Origin: a virus
Virus record (IMG/VR): IMGVR_UViG_3300017832_000040
Span: 2,447-66,446 of that record
DNA length: 64,000 nucleotides
Strand: one strand, 5' to 3'
The notes under the pieces were generated by a model. That model was not told where the DNA came from, ran no database searches, and was given only the letters and a program-made list of their open reading frames with translations. Positions 27,239-37,910 of this stretch are shown here, piece by piece (the stretch's first letter is position 1; each line of letters opens with the position of its first letter). The position numbers and the translations under genes are program-made.

Positions 27239-28389
27239 TCGTAGATGTCCTTACCGATGATCGCCATCAGTTCCTCGAATGACTGAGGCTTTTGGTCCTC
27301 GGTCTTCGGATTTGCAATTAATTGCACGGGTTTCGCGAAAGATTTGCCCTCGGGCTCGGCCTCCTGCTCTGCCTGGGGTTTTTGCTGGGCGAGGAATAGG
27401 TTTACAGCAGGGCCGACGTATTTCAAGAGAAAATCGATGTTGGGTTTCGCGGGGAGAGCTTTCACCCCGAACTCGGCCTCGACCTTCTTGATGAACTCGG
27501 TCCAGTGTCGGATTACGTGGCGGAGGATCGCCTCGGCTTGCCCCTCGGGGCAATTCCCCTTGAACAGCTTGAGCTGACCACACTGCTTCGCTGAGAGCGG
27601 AGGAACGTAGTCGCCGGTTTCCTCGGAGACGAGCTTCACCCAAGTGAGCGCCATCCCCTTAATGCTGTCGGGCTTGTGGATCTTCTTTGCGAGCTTCCCC
27701 TTCCCGGAGGCTTCTGCAATCACGTCCTTCACCGATTTCGCGGCGCGCTTTTCCTTATTCACGGGTATCTCTCCCCCGAGCATACCTTCTCCCGAAAAAT
27801 AGGGGTCACCCTCTGTGGCGTTCGTAAGAACGCTCAATCCATGTGGTTCTCCCTGTATATCTCCCTGTTGTACTCCATGTTTATGAGTCCCACCATTTTT
27901 GTGGACTTGAGTCCCACCTACGCTGTGGACTTGGGTCCCACCGATCTCGTGGACTTGGGTCCCACCATTTTGGGGGACTTGAGTCCCACCGTTCTGTGGG
28001 TCTGATAGCACATTTTTCAGGGCCGTTTCGCACTCATTTGTGATGAGAACGTGCAGGACATTTTTGCCGTAAAACAGGCCCTGGGCGGTCTGAATTAGCT
28101 TCTTCTGACGGAGCTGGGAGAGGTAGGTTTCGAGCTGTCGCCGCGTGAACCAAGTTTCATTCATGAGCTCGGTGTACGGCTTCGCAAAGTATTTCCTGCC
28201 TTTGATCGTCCGGTTCGCCTTCGGCCACCAGAACATCAGACGATACAGCACAACGCCGGCAGGAACTGAACCTGCTACCGCAATGCAGGCGGCAAGAGTG
28301 GTCGTGGGCTTCTCGGGCTTAGTCGCAGACACAATGACCCCCACGGAAGGCGAGCACGGGCCAAGGGCGGCCCGTGCAATCAATTGCAA
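27235..28389 (-). CDS. replication initiator (lambda O-like; start uncertain)
   Basis: N-terminal wHTH-like region (YFAKPYTELMNETWFTRRQLETYLSQL); internal iterons (GGTQ/H x5). Confidence 0.7.
   Translation of the reverse strand: MQLIARAALGPCSPSVGVIVSATKPEKPTTTLAACIAVAGSVPAGVVLYRLMFWWPKANRTIKGRKYFAKPYTELMNETWFTRRQLETYLSQLRQKKLIQTAQGLFYGKNVLHVLITNECETALKNVLSDPQNGGTQVPQNGGTQVHEIGGTQVHSVGGTQVHKNGGTHKHGVQQGDIQGEPHGLSVLTNATEGDPYFSGEGMLGGEIPVNKEKRAAKSVKDVIAEASGKGKLAKKIHKPDSIKGMALTWVKLVSEETGDYVPPLSAKQCGQLKLFKGNCPEGQAEAILRHVIRHWTEFIKKVEAEFGVKALPAKPNIDFLLKYVGPAVNLFLAQQKPQAEQEAEPEGKSFAKPVQLIANPKTEDQKPQSFEELMAIIGKDIYE
27884..27996. repeat. 24-bp iterons, putative replication origin
   Basis: G(T/G)GGACTTG(A/G)GTCCCACC at 27901, 27925, 27949, 27973; partial copy at 27884. 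Confidence 0.85.
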
Positions 28390-28392
28390 GAC

Positions 28393-29103
28393 TTACTCCT
28401 GATCGTCTTCGTCCGCGTCGATCTCCTCGTCGAACTCTTCCTCCTCGTCGTCGGCTTCCTCGCCTTTCGCCTTCACGGTGTCATAGACCTTCTTGAGAAT
28501 TTGGGCCTGCATACCGAACACGCCGATATTCTTGCCCATCTCTTCCTCGAACAGCTCCTTACGCTGGATCGTATCCTCGATCTCCTTGGCGATCTTCGCG
28601 TAGACGTTCTCGGTCAGCCAGTCCGTGATCTCCTTGCGGGAGAGGATCATGTTTTGCTCGCCGGCAATCTCATAGAGGTAGTCAGCCATCTTCTTTGCCA
28701 GCTTGCCGCCCCTGAGCTCCTTGAAAAGCTGCTGAGCCTCTTCCTTGGTGCCGTCCAGGCTGCCCCGCAGCAGGACCCCGATTTCGGTCGAGGCGCGGGT
28801 TGCATCCTGCTTCTCCCAAACGATGTTGGGCCAGCAATCCCAATGGTTCTCGGGCTTCTTTTCGAGCTTCACGACGTTGCCCTGCTGCTCATCCTTGAAC
28901 AGATGGGCCGACGGCGCAGAACGCAGTCTCGCGCCAAACCAGACCGTTCCGGGCTGCCCGAAGAATTTACCGGGGAGCACGGCGTTCGGCTTCACCCCGA
29001 GGGCTACGTCACCCTGCCGGGCCACCACGAGATAATCGAGCTTGCCACCCGATCCCACCATCATCTTCGGGCTGGGTTTCTCTTGCACTGCAGCATTCAT
29101 CAT
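28393..29103 (-). CDS. hypothetical protein with acidic tail
   Basis: GGAGGAG SD; 236 aa. Confidence 0.7.
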   Translation of the reverse strand: MMNAAVQEKPSPKMMVGSGGKLDYLVVARQGDVALGVKPNAVLPGKFFGQPGTVWFGARLRSAPSAHLFKDEQQGNVVKLEKKPENHWDCWPNIVWEKQDATRASTEIGVLLRGSLDGTKEEAQQLFKELRGGKLAKKMADYLYEIAGEQNMILSRKEITDWLTENVYAKIAKEIEDTIQRKELFEEEMGKNIGVFGMQAQILKKVYDTVKAKGEEADDEEEEFDEEIDADEDDQE

Positions 29104-29154
29104 CGTTCTCCTCCATTGGACAGGTTGAAAAAATTGACACGACTAGCGTTGCAC

Positions 29155-30381
29155 TCAGCCGTCCTGGGTCAATTGGACGGTTGTTCTTTTCACGAACGAA
29201 TAGGCGGCCTTGGTCAGGGCGGCGTGCGAGACCAATGGCGGGTTCGTTTCCTCGATCTTCGAGCTCGCGAAGGCTTCGTCGACGATCGCCTTGACCTTTT
29301 TCGTGCCTTCCGCGCCCTTGATGTCGACACCTGGGAAGGTCAGAAGCACCTGAATGACGAACTGGAAGGCCGCATTCTTGTCGAGCCCATGGAACCACAT
29401 CACCTGATCGATGCGTCCTTCGCGATAAAGCTCCCGTGGCAGGGCTTTCGCGTTGTTCGTGGTCATAACCACCAGGACCCGAGAACGCCGCTCTGCGAGC
29501 CACCAGAGGAGCTGCGAGAGCATCGAGGACGTCGTCCCCGACGTGTCATGGTTCGAGGTCGAAAAGACCTTTTCGACTTCATCGAGAAGCGCAATGCACG
29601 GCTCCTCGTGATCGAGGCGGGACAGATTGGAGAGAAGGTTTTGTTCGGACTGTCCCACGTATTTGTTTTTCGTCCCGCCAATATCCACGCGATAGAGCGG
29701 CACGCCTAATTGCTCGGCCATCCATTTCGAGGCGGCCGTTTTGCCCACGCCCGGTGGACCGTCAAAGAGAAGCCCTCTCGGGATCAGCCTCGGATCGGTC
29801 CCGTTCAGGAAAAAGTGCTTCTCCTGCTTGACCCATGCCACGAGCTCAAGCGGGGGCTGGTAGAAGTTCTGCTTCGTGTCGACCTGGGTAAGCCCGTTGG
29901 AGCCCTGGAAACATTGCTTCCGGGTGGTCATGAGGCCCTGAACCGTGAGGCTGTGATCCCGCGCCATGGTCAGCCGGGCGAGCTCGGCAGCTTCCTTGAT
30001 CGTGCAGCCCCCGAGGCCCCGCAAAAGCTCTTCGGCCTTCACTTTGTCCTCCACGACCTCCGTCATGAATTTCATCATGAGAGACCGGGGCACCGGGACC
30101 TCGCCGGCATCGAACATCGGCTCCATCACGGCCGGCGGATTGACGAGGATCAGCGTGCTCTCGCTGGAGACCATCTGCTCGTAAATCTTGAGTAGCGGCA
30201 GCTCGATTTTCTTCGCATGGAACACGAACGTGTAGAGCTGATTTTTCGCGGGCGGTAAGTTGGGTTGCCACTGTACCGGCGTCCGCTTGGTCAGCTCTTT
30301 CAGGACCTCATGCAAATTCATCACGTCGCGCGTGGTGACAGCGACGAGAGGCAATTGAGCTTGGATAGCAAGTTTGAGCAT
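29155..30381 (-). CDS. AAA+ ATPase (Ycf46-like)
   Basis: PRGLLFDGPPGVGKT, KYVGQSE, LLDEVEK, TTN...REGRID. Confidence 0.88.
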   Translation of the reverse strand: MLKLAIQAQLPLVAVTTRDVMNLHEVLKELTKRTPVQWQPNLPPAKNQLYTFVFHAKKIELPLLKIYEQMVSSESTLILVNPPAVMEPMFDAGEVPVPRSLMMKFMTEVVEDKVKAEELLRGLGGCTIKEAAELARLTMARDHSLTVQGLMTTRKQCFQGSNGLTQVDTKQNFYQPPLELVAWVKQEKHFFLNGTDPRLIPRGLLFDGPPGVGKTAASKWMAEQLGVPLYRVDIGGTKNKYVGQSEQNLLSNLSRLDHEEPCIALLDEVEKVFSTSNHDTSGTTSSMLSQLLWWLAERRSRVLVVMTTNNAKALPRELYREGRIDQVMWFHGLDKNAAFQFVIQVLLTFPGVDIKGAEGTKKVKAIVDEAFASSKIEETNPPLVSHAALTKAAYSFVKRTTVQLTQDG

Positions 30382-30475
30382 GTTTCAGGATTTCCCCCTC
30401 CTGGGTCTACCTGAGCACTATGCCCAATATGCCGTGTGAAGCAATGAGATTTTTGCAATTAATTGCGGGTGAAGG

Positions 30476-30823
30476 TTAACCCCGGAACAGGTGGTTCCAG
30501 AGGGTCCCCCACCACGAGGAGATGGTGACGCCCAGCGCGCCCCCGGCCATGCCGCACATGGCGAGAGCACCGATTCCACGCTGCTTCCACGCCTTCACTT
30601 CATTGACGACGGGCATGACGTCGGAGGACAACGTCTCCTGCAAGTTCTCAAACCCGTTCTCGACGTTCTCGGTCCGACGCTGCAGGTCGTTGATTTTGGG
30701 GTAAAGCGAGTCCAAGCGCTTCTCGATCTTCGCGTTGACCTCGGAGATGTCCTGGCGAAGATTTTTGACCTCGGCAGTGAGGCTCCCCAGCATCTGGTAG
30801 ATGTCTTTCAGATCGCCAGCCAT
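30476..30823 (-). CDS. coiled-coil protein with C-terminal TM (holin-like?)
   Basis: Last gene of the lysis cassette. Confidence 0.55.
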   Translation of the reverse strand: MAGDLKDIYQMLGSLTAEVKNLRQDISEVNAKIEKRLDSLYPKINDLQRRTENVENGFENLQETLSSDVMPVVNEVKAWKQRGIGALAMCGMAGGALGVTISSWWGTLWNHLFRG

Positions 30824-30835
30824 CGTCCCCGGTCC

Positions 30836-31045
30836 TTACTTGAGCGGCGGCTTCCAACCGCAGAACCTTTCCCCAGTCTCATTGTGCTTGAGCACAGTCG
30901 AGACCTCTTCGTCCGTCATCGCATCAACCGTCTTGCTCGTGAGGTAAAACGGCTGAGCGAGCGTGCAGAAGTCACCTTTTATTGTCTCGCACCCAGCGAC
31001 GCAGACGCTCACGACGCTTATCAGCAGGCAGGCGCGCGATTTCAT
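30836..31045 (-). CDS. o-spanin (Rz1-like lipoprotein)
   Basis: Lipobox VAG-C; overlaps the Rz-like gene. Confidence 0.7.
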   Translation of the reverse strand: MKSRACLLISVVSVCVAGCETIKGDFCTLAQPFYLTSKTVDAMTDEEVSTVLKHNETGERFCGWKPPLK

Positions 31046-31226
31046 TGTCGATCTCCACCTTGTGTTTGATGGCCTGCAGCTGGTCGAGTTTTTCGTCGAT
31101 CACGGCAGCGTTCCGGCCGGCCATGAATACGCGCCAGAGAATGAGCGCCACCGTTCCGCAGAACAGCAGGCCAACTGCAATCTTGCGCCCGAGCTTACTC
31201 CCGAGCAGAAAGGCTATGACGTTCAT
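30972..31226 (-). CDS. i-spanin (Rz-like)
   Basis: N-terminal TM plus short helical domain after the endolysin. Confidence 0.65.
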   Translation of the reverse strand: MNVIAFLLGSKLGRKIAVGLLFCGTVALILWRVFMAGRNAAVIDEKLDQLQAIKHKVEIDNEIARLPADKRRERLRRWVRDNKR

Positions 31227-32308
31227 GCCGGGGCCTCTTTCTTCTTCAGGGCCTTGAGCTTTTCGTCGTCGCCCATGTCAGCCAGCAGCTTGTAGAGCAC
31301 GAAGCCCACGATGCCGGCGAGGATGATGGCGGTGATGACGGAGGGGAGATTGAACAGCCCAAGGAGCTTGTGGGCGGCGTCCGCGACCCCCTTCGTAGTC
31401 TGGATCGCGTTGATGAGTTCGCCCGTGGAGAGCGAGTCGACAACCGGCTTGGCGATCGTGGCCCCAGCGGTGCCGGCCGCGCCCACTGCCGGAAGCGAGT
31501 TCTTGACCTTCTGAGCCTTCTGAGCAGCGATATATGCGTCGATCTGCTCGACCGTGAGGGTTGAAGCCTCCCCGTCCACGACGAGCCCAGCGGCCTCCTG
31601 GAAGGCTTTGATGGCCGCCGTCGTCTTCGGCCCCTTGAGTCCGTCGAGGTCGCCCTCGTAAAGCCCCAGCTCTTTGAGCTTGACCTGAATGAGGTAGACG
31701 TCGCCACGCACCGGGTCCTTCAGGAAGGTGTTGTAGGCTTCCCGGAGTTTTACGTCATAGCGGTTCACCTTGTACGCGGGACCGTTGTAGCCGGCCGCGA
31801 AGGCTGCCCAGTTCTTCTGCTTGAGGGCCGCCCGGAGCTCCGGGTTTTTGTCGATGAAGCGACACATCAGCTCCATCTGACCCTCGATCCCCGAGCGGGC
31901 GAATTGCATCAGGTCGTGGGCAGACTTGAAGCCCAGATCCTTCCAATGGAAGCCCATGACCTGGCCGATACCCCACGACGTCGCCTCAATGGCGGCGTTC
32001 GCATCGAGCTCGTACCTGCGCTGGAAAAAGTCATAGCGCCCCGCCCAGCTGTTGGGGATGGAGACGCCGTTCATCTGGGGGTGGGCGAGGCCCGCACGAA
32101 CCGCCTTCTCCCGCTTGTTCGCGGGGAGGAAGGCATAGAACTTGTGGACCTCGGGGCGGATAGGCGGCTCCTCCTTGCCCCCCACCGTCCAGAAAAAGGT
32201 GCCTGCGCTCTCCACCCAAGCGACCGCTTTGAGCGCAGCCGGCTCAAAACCGTAACGCTCGGCGTAGTCTTCTATGACTGAAGCTATGGCCGCCTTCATC
32301 TCAGTCAT
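31223..32308 (-). CDS. endolysin: DUF3380 N-acetylmuramidase + PG-binding domain + C-terminal TM
   Basis: VESAG, TSWGIGQVMGFH, FAAGYNG...NRYD; DG..GPKT..AIKAFQ...GLVVDG. Confidence 0.9.
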   Translation of the reverse strand: MTEMKAAIASVIEDYAERYGFEPAALKAVAWVESAGTFFWTVGGKEEPPIRPEVHKFYAFLPANKREKAVRAGLAHPQMNGVSIPNSWAGRYDFFQRRYELDANAAIEATSWGIGQVMGFHWKDLGFKSAHDLMQFARSGIEGQMELMCRFIDKNPELRAALKQKNWAAFAAGYNGPAYKVNRYDVKLREAYNTFLKDPVRGDVYLIQVKLKELGLYEGDLDGLKGPKTTAAIKAFQEAAGLVVDGEASTLTVEQIDAYIAAQKAQKVKNSLPAVGAAGTAGATIAKPVVDSLSTGELINAIQTTKGVADAAHKLLGLFNLPSVITAIILAGIVGFVLYKLLADMGDDEKLKALKKKEAPA

Positions 32309-32394
32309 CGTGCAATTAATTGCACATGTGCCCCGGACCTATACAGAGTTCGGCCCGATCCGGCCACAATTTATTGCCGGGCCGGTGTCAGTAT

Positions 32395-33384
32395 TCATCC
32401 ACTCACGTCCACCAGCTTGACTCCGATATGACTACTATCCGCTTCCGAGAAGGTCCAAGGCTGTTCTGTTGCTGGGTTGATATGATGAATGGCCTGCCGG
32501 TTCCGCAGCTCTGCATCGGCATGGAAGCGTTCTCCTTCTACAGTACCCGTGGCCTGACTGTAGAAGGTGGCCTTGACGTCCGCACTGGGACCGCCAACGC
32601 TCATTCGGCCAGAAAGGATAACGGCAACGACGCCGTAGCCGGCTAAGGCGGAAGGCAACTCAACCTTGGGGAAGGTGTGTGTGGCTCCGATCGTCTGAGT
32701 GCCAATGCCGTCGCTGTCATTGATGCTGTTGTCGTCGATGGCACTGTAACCACCACCGTCCCAGTCGGAGTTGGGGCTTGAACCAGATCGTGGAAGTTGT
32801 CTCGTGACGTACATCGCGCGCGTGTCTTCGTCAGCCACGATCACGGCGGAAATTGTCGTGTCCCCGTTGTTGTTAGCCAGGATCGGCTTGAAAAGAATAT
32901 CGGCTACTCCATCGCTGCTCACCAGGTCCGTATCACCTGAGAAGCTGGCATAGAGAGTACGGTCCACATAGACCTCGATCAGACCGTCAGAGCCGTCGAT
33001 GACAAAGTGCACATCGAAACGCAGGAGCGTGTTCGTGCTGAAGTCCACCGGACCCGTATCAAGGGTTTGCATTTGCTCGCCATCATAGGCCCGGAGTTCA
33101 AAACCCTGTTTCGAGTCAGCCGTCACGCCCTTGATGTCGAAAAGGACCTGCCCATCGGCATCTCGGAAAGAAACGACGGACTCTGTGCCTAACGCTTCAG
33201 CGAAGAGGTAAAACGACACCCAGAAATCAGTCTGGGGGTCGAATTGATACGTCTGGACGACATCTTGGCTGTCAAGCTCGATACCCAAAGAGAGGTACGG
33301 AGCGTATTGAGCGCTGGTCGTAGTCGTGCTGGCTTCAGTGGGAACGAAATCCACTGGATCGCATCCGGCAAAAATAATGGCCAT
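32395..33384 (-). CDS. tail/adsorption protein (LamG-like), paralog of 37910-38959
   Basis: MAIIFAGCD...INPATEQPW vs MAIQFCDGFD...ANPATGLPW. Confidence 0.65.
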   Translation of the reverse strand: MAIIFAGCDPVDFVPTEASTTTTSAQYAPYLSLGIELDSQDVVQTYQFDPQTDFWVSFYLFAEALGTESVVSFRDADGQVLFDIKGVTADSKQGFELRAYDGEQMQTLDTGPVDFSTNTLLRFDVHFVIDGSDGLIEVYVDRTLYASFSGDTDLVSSDGVADILFKPILANNNGDTTISAVIVADEDTRAMYVTRQLPRSGSSPNSDWDGGGYSAIDDNSINDSDGIGTQTIGATHTFPKVELPSALAGYGVVAVILSGRMSVGGPSADVKATFYSQATGTVEGERFHADAELRNRQAIHHINPATEQPWTFSEADSSHIGVKLVDVSG

Positions 33385-36300
33385 TACTCGGGCTCCTTCA
33401 CCACGACTAGAGATCGCAGACTTGAGATTTGAGCTGTTGTCGGGACTGGCTTGAGTACTGTGAGTGCACGCAGCGAAGTGACCTCGGCTGGAGGCGGCAT
33501 CGGCCAAGGTTCAGCGGGCGGTGTAAAGCCAAAGTCATGCCCGATGAGTACCCTGCCCTTAACGATCAGGATGTCATCCAGAATGCCCCGGAAGTTGCCA
33601 TTGGCGTTGTTGTTGTAGTTTCCGATGCGGAGCGGTTGGCTTGAGTTGAGATGCAAGCTGGCATACGGAACCGGCTTGTGGAAGACGCACTGACCGTTCA
33701 CGAACGCCCGCATCTTGGCGTCCAAATCCCTTTCAATGAGAATGTGGGTCCAAGTTTCCAGCGGGATGGGCGGCGTGATGTAGACTGCAAGGTTGTTGCT
33801 TCCGTTATTCGAGCTCAGCCATTCGATGCCGTTGCTGTCAATACGAATGGCCCAGCTGCGATTGCCAGTACTCGCCAGGTACTTCGTGATGATACCCTGA
33901 ACGTTGCTATTATCCGTATGGTACATCCAGAAGGCGATCGCGAACGGGCCGTTGCCAAAGTGGAAGTCTTCGTGGTGCGGGGTCGAGATGTAATTGATCC
34001 CGCTTGATGCTCGCAGGTCGAGAGCACCGTCTCCGAATTTCACCTCGTCGGTGGCCTTGGAGACGGTTCCGGTTACGGAGAAGGTGTGGCCGGCCAAATC
34101 AGTAAGGTAGGCATCGCCTTCGCCGTCGAACGGCAGCAGCAAGACCCGGCCAGAATACGTCTCTGGGAAGACGTCATAGGTTTGCGGTGCCGGCGCGCCT
34201 TCCTCCTCCGTTTGTTTTGCAATGGCCGGATTTCGGTAGCAGACGAGCTCCAAGTCATCGAGCATGGCGTTTGCGACGGTGCCATCTTCGAGAGCGCCCT
34301 CGAAGCGCACTCGCAGCTTCTCGGTCCCCACGGGCATGCGGAATGAGAGCACCCGCTCGAACCACTTGTCTTCGGTAAGTGTCTCGTAGCCGGTGGTCTC
34401 GCGCCAGATCACATTGTCATCGGCATCGAGCGCTTCGAGGCGAAGCTCGCCGCCGTCGATTGCGAAGTTGTTGCCACGCATGGCGCGGAGGATAGCGAGA
34501 TCACCAGGCCCCCACCCTTCCGGCACCGACACAACCTGCTCGACGATATTGATGGGTCCTTCACCCTCACCGAGGCAATAGGACCCTTCCGCTGCGTGCG
34601 GGGTGGTGACCGAGATGATGCGGAACCGACCCTGAACTTCCGTCCATCCCGTTGCAGGCGGTGTCGTGTTCTCCTCGAAAGACGGGTTGGTCAGCAGCTG
34701 ATCGCTGAACTCACCGATGCGCAGCCGGTAGTCATCGAATGCACCGTTGCCGTAAGATCCGGTCGTGAACTCTGACGTAAGTTCGACGCGCAGGTGCGCT
34801 GTGCCGGCCGGGATGGTCAGCGTAAGGACCTTCTTAAACCATTTTTCCTGCGGTGTGTGAGAAGTCGGTTGTGTTTCCACCTCAGCAAGGACGTTACCCA
34901 GCGCATCCAAGGCGGCCAAGCGCGTGTGGGTCGGGTCGCCAGGCCCATCCTGCATCTCGTAGCCGGTCAGCATGGCCGTGAAGCCATACCAGGCGGGAAG
35001 GACCGGCACGTCCTGTTAGGCAACGAAAGACGGGATGTCCGAGGTCGGGTGTAGCATGGACCCCGACCATGGGCGTGGCGTACCGGTGAAAGGATAGCTC
35101 GTACCGTAGGTGGCGAAGATCCCGGAGTTGCAGTTCCAGACCTCGGCATTCTTGTCGTCGAAACCGGGGTCGACCAGAACATTGTCCCAGGCGTCCTCCC
35201 AGTCCTCTGGGTTGACCCCCTGTGAAGGAGGCTCTTGAAATTCGACTTCGCTGTCCCGCCATTCAAGGCGGACTGTCACTTGCACAAGAGGATGAACGGT
35301 GAAACCGTCCTCTCCCTCAGCCTCGATACCAAACACGAGGACGCGGGCTCCTTCGGGGAGCTTTACCTCGAAGGTCCGTTCTTCTCCGACCAAAGACGCA
35401 TCGTAATGCGTCTCTGCATCGTAGATCACCCCCTTCGTCAGCAGCGTCGCATCCCTGTATTCAAGGAAAATTCGCGAACCTCCGGCACCATCGGGCACGC
35501 CGACAAGATGGTAGTCGACAACGACAGTGATTGGGGTTTCCGCGTCGTCAATATCTTCGATCAGCTCCTCGGGCAAAGTGATGGTCTGGAAGGCGGAGAG
35601 CTGGTTTCCGTTCACGCCAATGAGACTCTGACCAAAGGCCCCCATTGCCTCGCGAAGGGCATCACCCGTGCCTGAGATCCACTCTGTCGGGTTAGCTCTT
35701 GCAGTCAACAGAACGTGCTCGTCGGTATCGTCGAAGTCGACTTCGAGCTCAAAGTCATCCCAGTAGAGGTCGATAGCCCCTTCGCCGTCCTTCAGCAGCC
35801 GGCCGCCTACTCGGATCATTCGAGTTGTCGGCGGCAGCCTGAATGTGTGGGTGACCTCCGTCCAGTCCTCTGAACCGGTTACGGCCTCAATATGCGTATA
35901 GAGGACTTCCCCCTGATCGTTGAGGGCCGCCACATATAGGCCACCCGAGACATCTTCAGCCGACCCGATAGTCCAAGCTCGCGCAATTAATTGCACGCCT
36001 TTTGCATCAACATCCTCCCAATAGTCATTCGGAACCGGCACCCGCTGGTAGAACCACGACCGATTTCCTCGACCCGTGCCGTAAGCATAATCTCCGGTGC
36101 GCGGGGTGACGTCTGGGTCGCCCACCTGTTCGAGCTTGGAGCCGGCCGCAATTGTCCATTGATCGAGGATTTTTTGCTCGGCACCTGGGTTCTGAAGCAC
36201 GAGATTTGCCGGATAAGAGGGTTCCTCTACCGGGTCGAGTGCAATTGCTTGCACTTTCGGATAGCGCTCGCCAAGCCCCATGTCGGGGCCAAACATGGTT

Positions 36301-37910
36301 TCCTCGTGGGTCCAGCGTGCCACTCCTTTAGTGATGCGGACTGGTCCCACGACCATGGCGAGGAGACTACCCATGGCGGGATTGAACACGAGGTCCGCAT
36401 CGGGATCGGAAGGATCATCCCACACGTCGTCCAGCACTTTGCTGAGGTAGCGGCCATCGACGTAGAAACGGCTAGTCCCGTACTCGTCTCGCGTCATTAC
36501 GAAGTGACGCAGGTAAGACCAGGAGCCGCCGTAGTACTCAAATATCGTCTGCTCCGAGCCGTTCTTGTAGCGGTTCAGCCAGAAACCATTGCGGTTGATC
36601 AAAAGTCTGCAGTGGCCCGCTATCTCCATCAACCTATGGGAATTTGCGGTGCTGCCTTTGTGAAGAAAAACCGCCTCCAAGGTCATAGGGCCGTTCAGAT
36701 TGAACCGCCCCCCTGAACCGTCGACAGTGACCGAGATGTCATCTGCATCAAACAGCGTCGTGCTGGCACCTTGGAAAACGCTGGACTCGGCCCCGAATGA
36801 GCCAGTAATCGTCGCCGGGTTTGCGCTGTAATCGACCGTATCAGTGCTCTCAAGGGGATCGAGGAGAAGCACGACCTTGTCGTAGTGGGGATCACCCGCA
36901 GTATACCCGTTCGACGGAAGTGGTTTGTGCGGCAGCGTATAGTCGGGCGCCCGGAAGGTGTCGTCAGTCCGATAGCGCGCCCACCCGCGCGTGATGCGCA
37001 GGTCATCCATGTAGCCGTTGTAAGCACCCGGTCCGGTATCGGGAAATATGGAGGTTTCGCCAAAGAACCCTACCCGCAGATTTCCTCTAACCTGATTGAA
37101 AGTGTAATCGTGAGTGTCTGAAGCAACCTTTTCGCCGTCGTAATAAATTCGGACGACGCCGTCGCTGTCGCGATCGATGGCAAGATGGAACCATTCCCCA
37201 AACGGGATCGTCGGTCCTTCGATAGAGTTGATCGTTGATCCGTCCGGTGTTGAGAGGAATTGGACTTTACCGTTGTTGATCCGCGCGCCCCAACTTAGAG
37301 AGCCACCTGCATCGGACCAGACACCAAACAAAGGCCGATTTGTCGGACCTGTCGACGGACAATTTAGCCAGCATTCAAGAGTGAACGGCCCCTTACCAAG
37401 CATGAAGCCGCCATCGGCACCGTCGACGATGAGGCTGCCGGCACAATCCTCCAATGTTTCAGAGCGCCATCCGAACTTCAGACAATAATTTCCATAGCGG
37501 CTATTGGTGTTGAGCCCTGGGCCGCCATGGGCATAGTAAGTCAGCCTTCGACGCTTCTTGCTCAGATCCTTGATGCCTTGGTCCTCGCAAGTGATGAGCA
37601 GCTCGACCTTGTCGTAGATTGGATCACCAACGATGCCGGTGCTCTCCATCTCCATCGAGCTCATGACGATGGGAGGCTTCGGCACCCTCGGAGGCTTATG
37701 TCGATAGACGACGCGAATGCCGGCACGCGTAACCAGGGCAGTAGGGTCCGTTTTGGACCAAACAACCTGGGCTCCAGCTTGGCTCGCGCGGGTTGCCCCA
37801 CCGTCCTTCAGGATGGGGGCCATCGCGCCTCCCTGGGTCGCAATGACTTTTGGATCGGTGATGTTGCCGAGTACCTGGGAGCCGGCCTGAGATACGCGTG
37901 CCTTCGTCAT
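33384..37910 (-). pseudogene. large adsorption protein (LamG/ConA + CBM-like domains) split by an in-frame TAA at 35016-35018
   Basis: PSFVA*QDVPVLPAW in one frame; LamG motifs (FTLECW, GYMDDLRITRG, GILDDILIVKG). Confidence 0.7.

Noticed and set aside
17663..35018. Genome-wide stop-codon reassignment
   Set aside because: The internal stops are TAG, TGA and TAA once each, all three also end ordinary genes, and no suppressor tRNA was seen.
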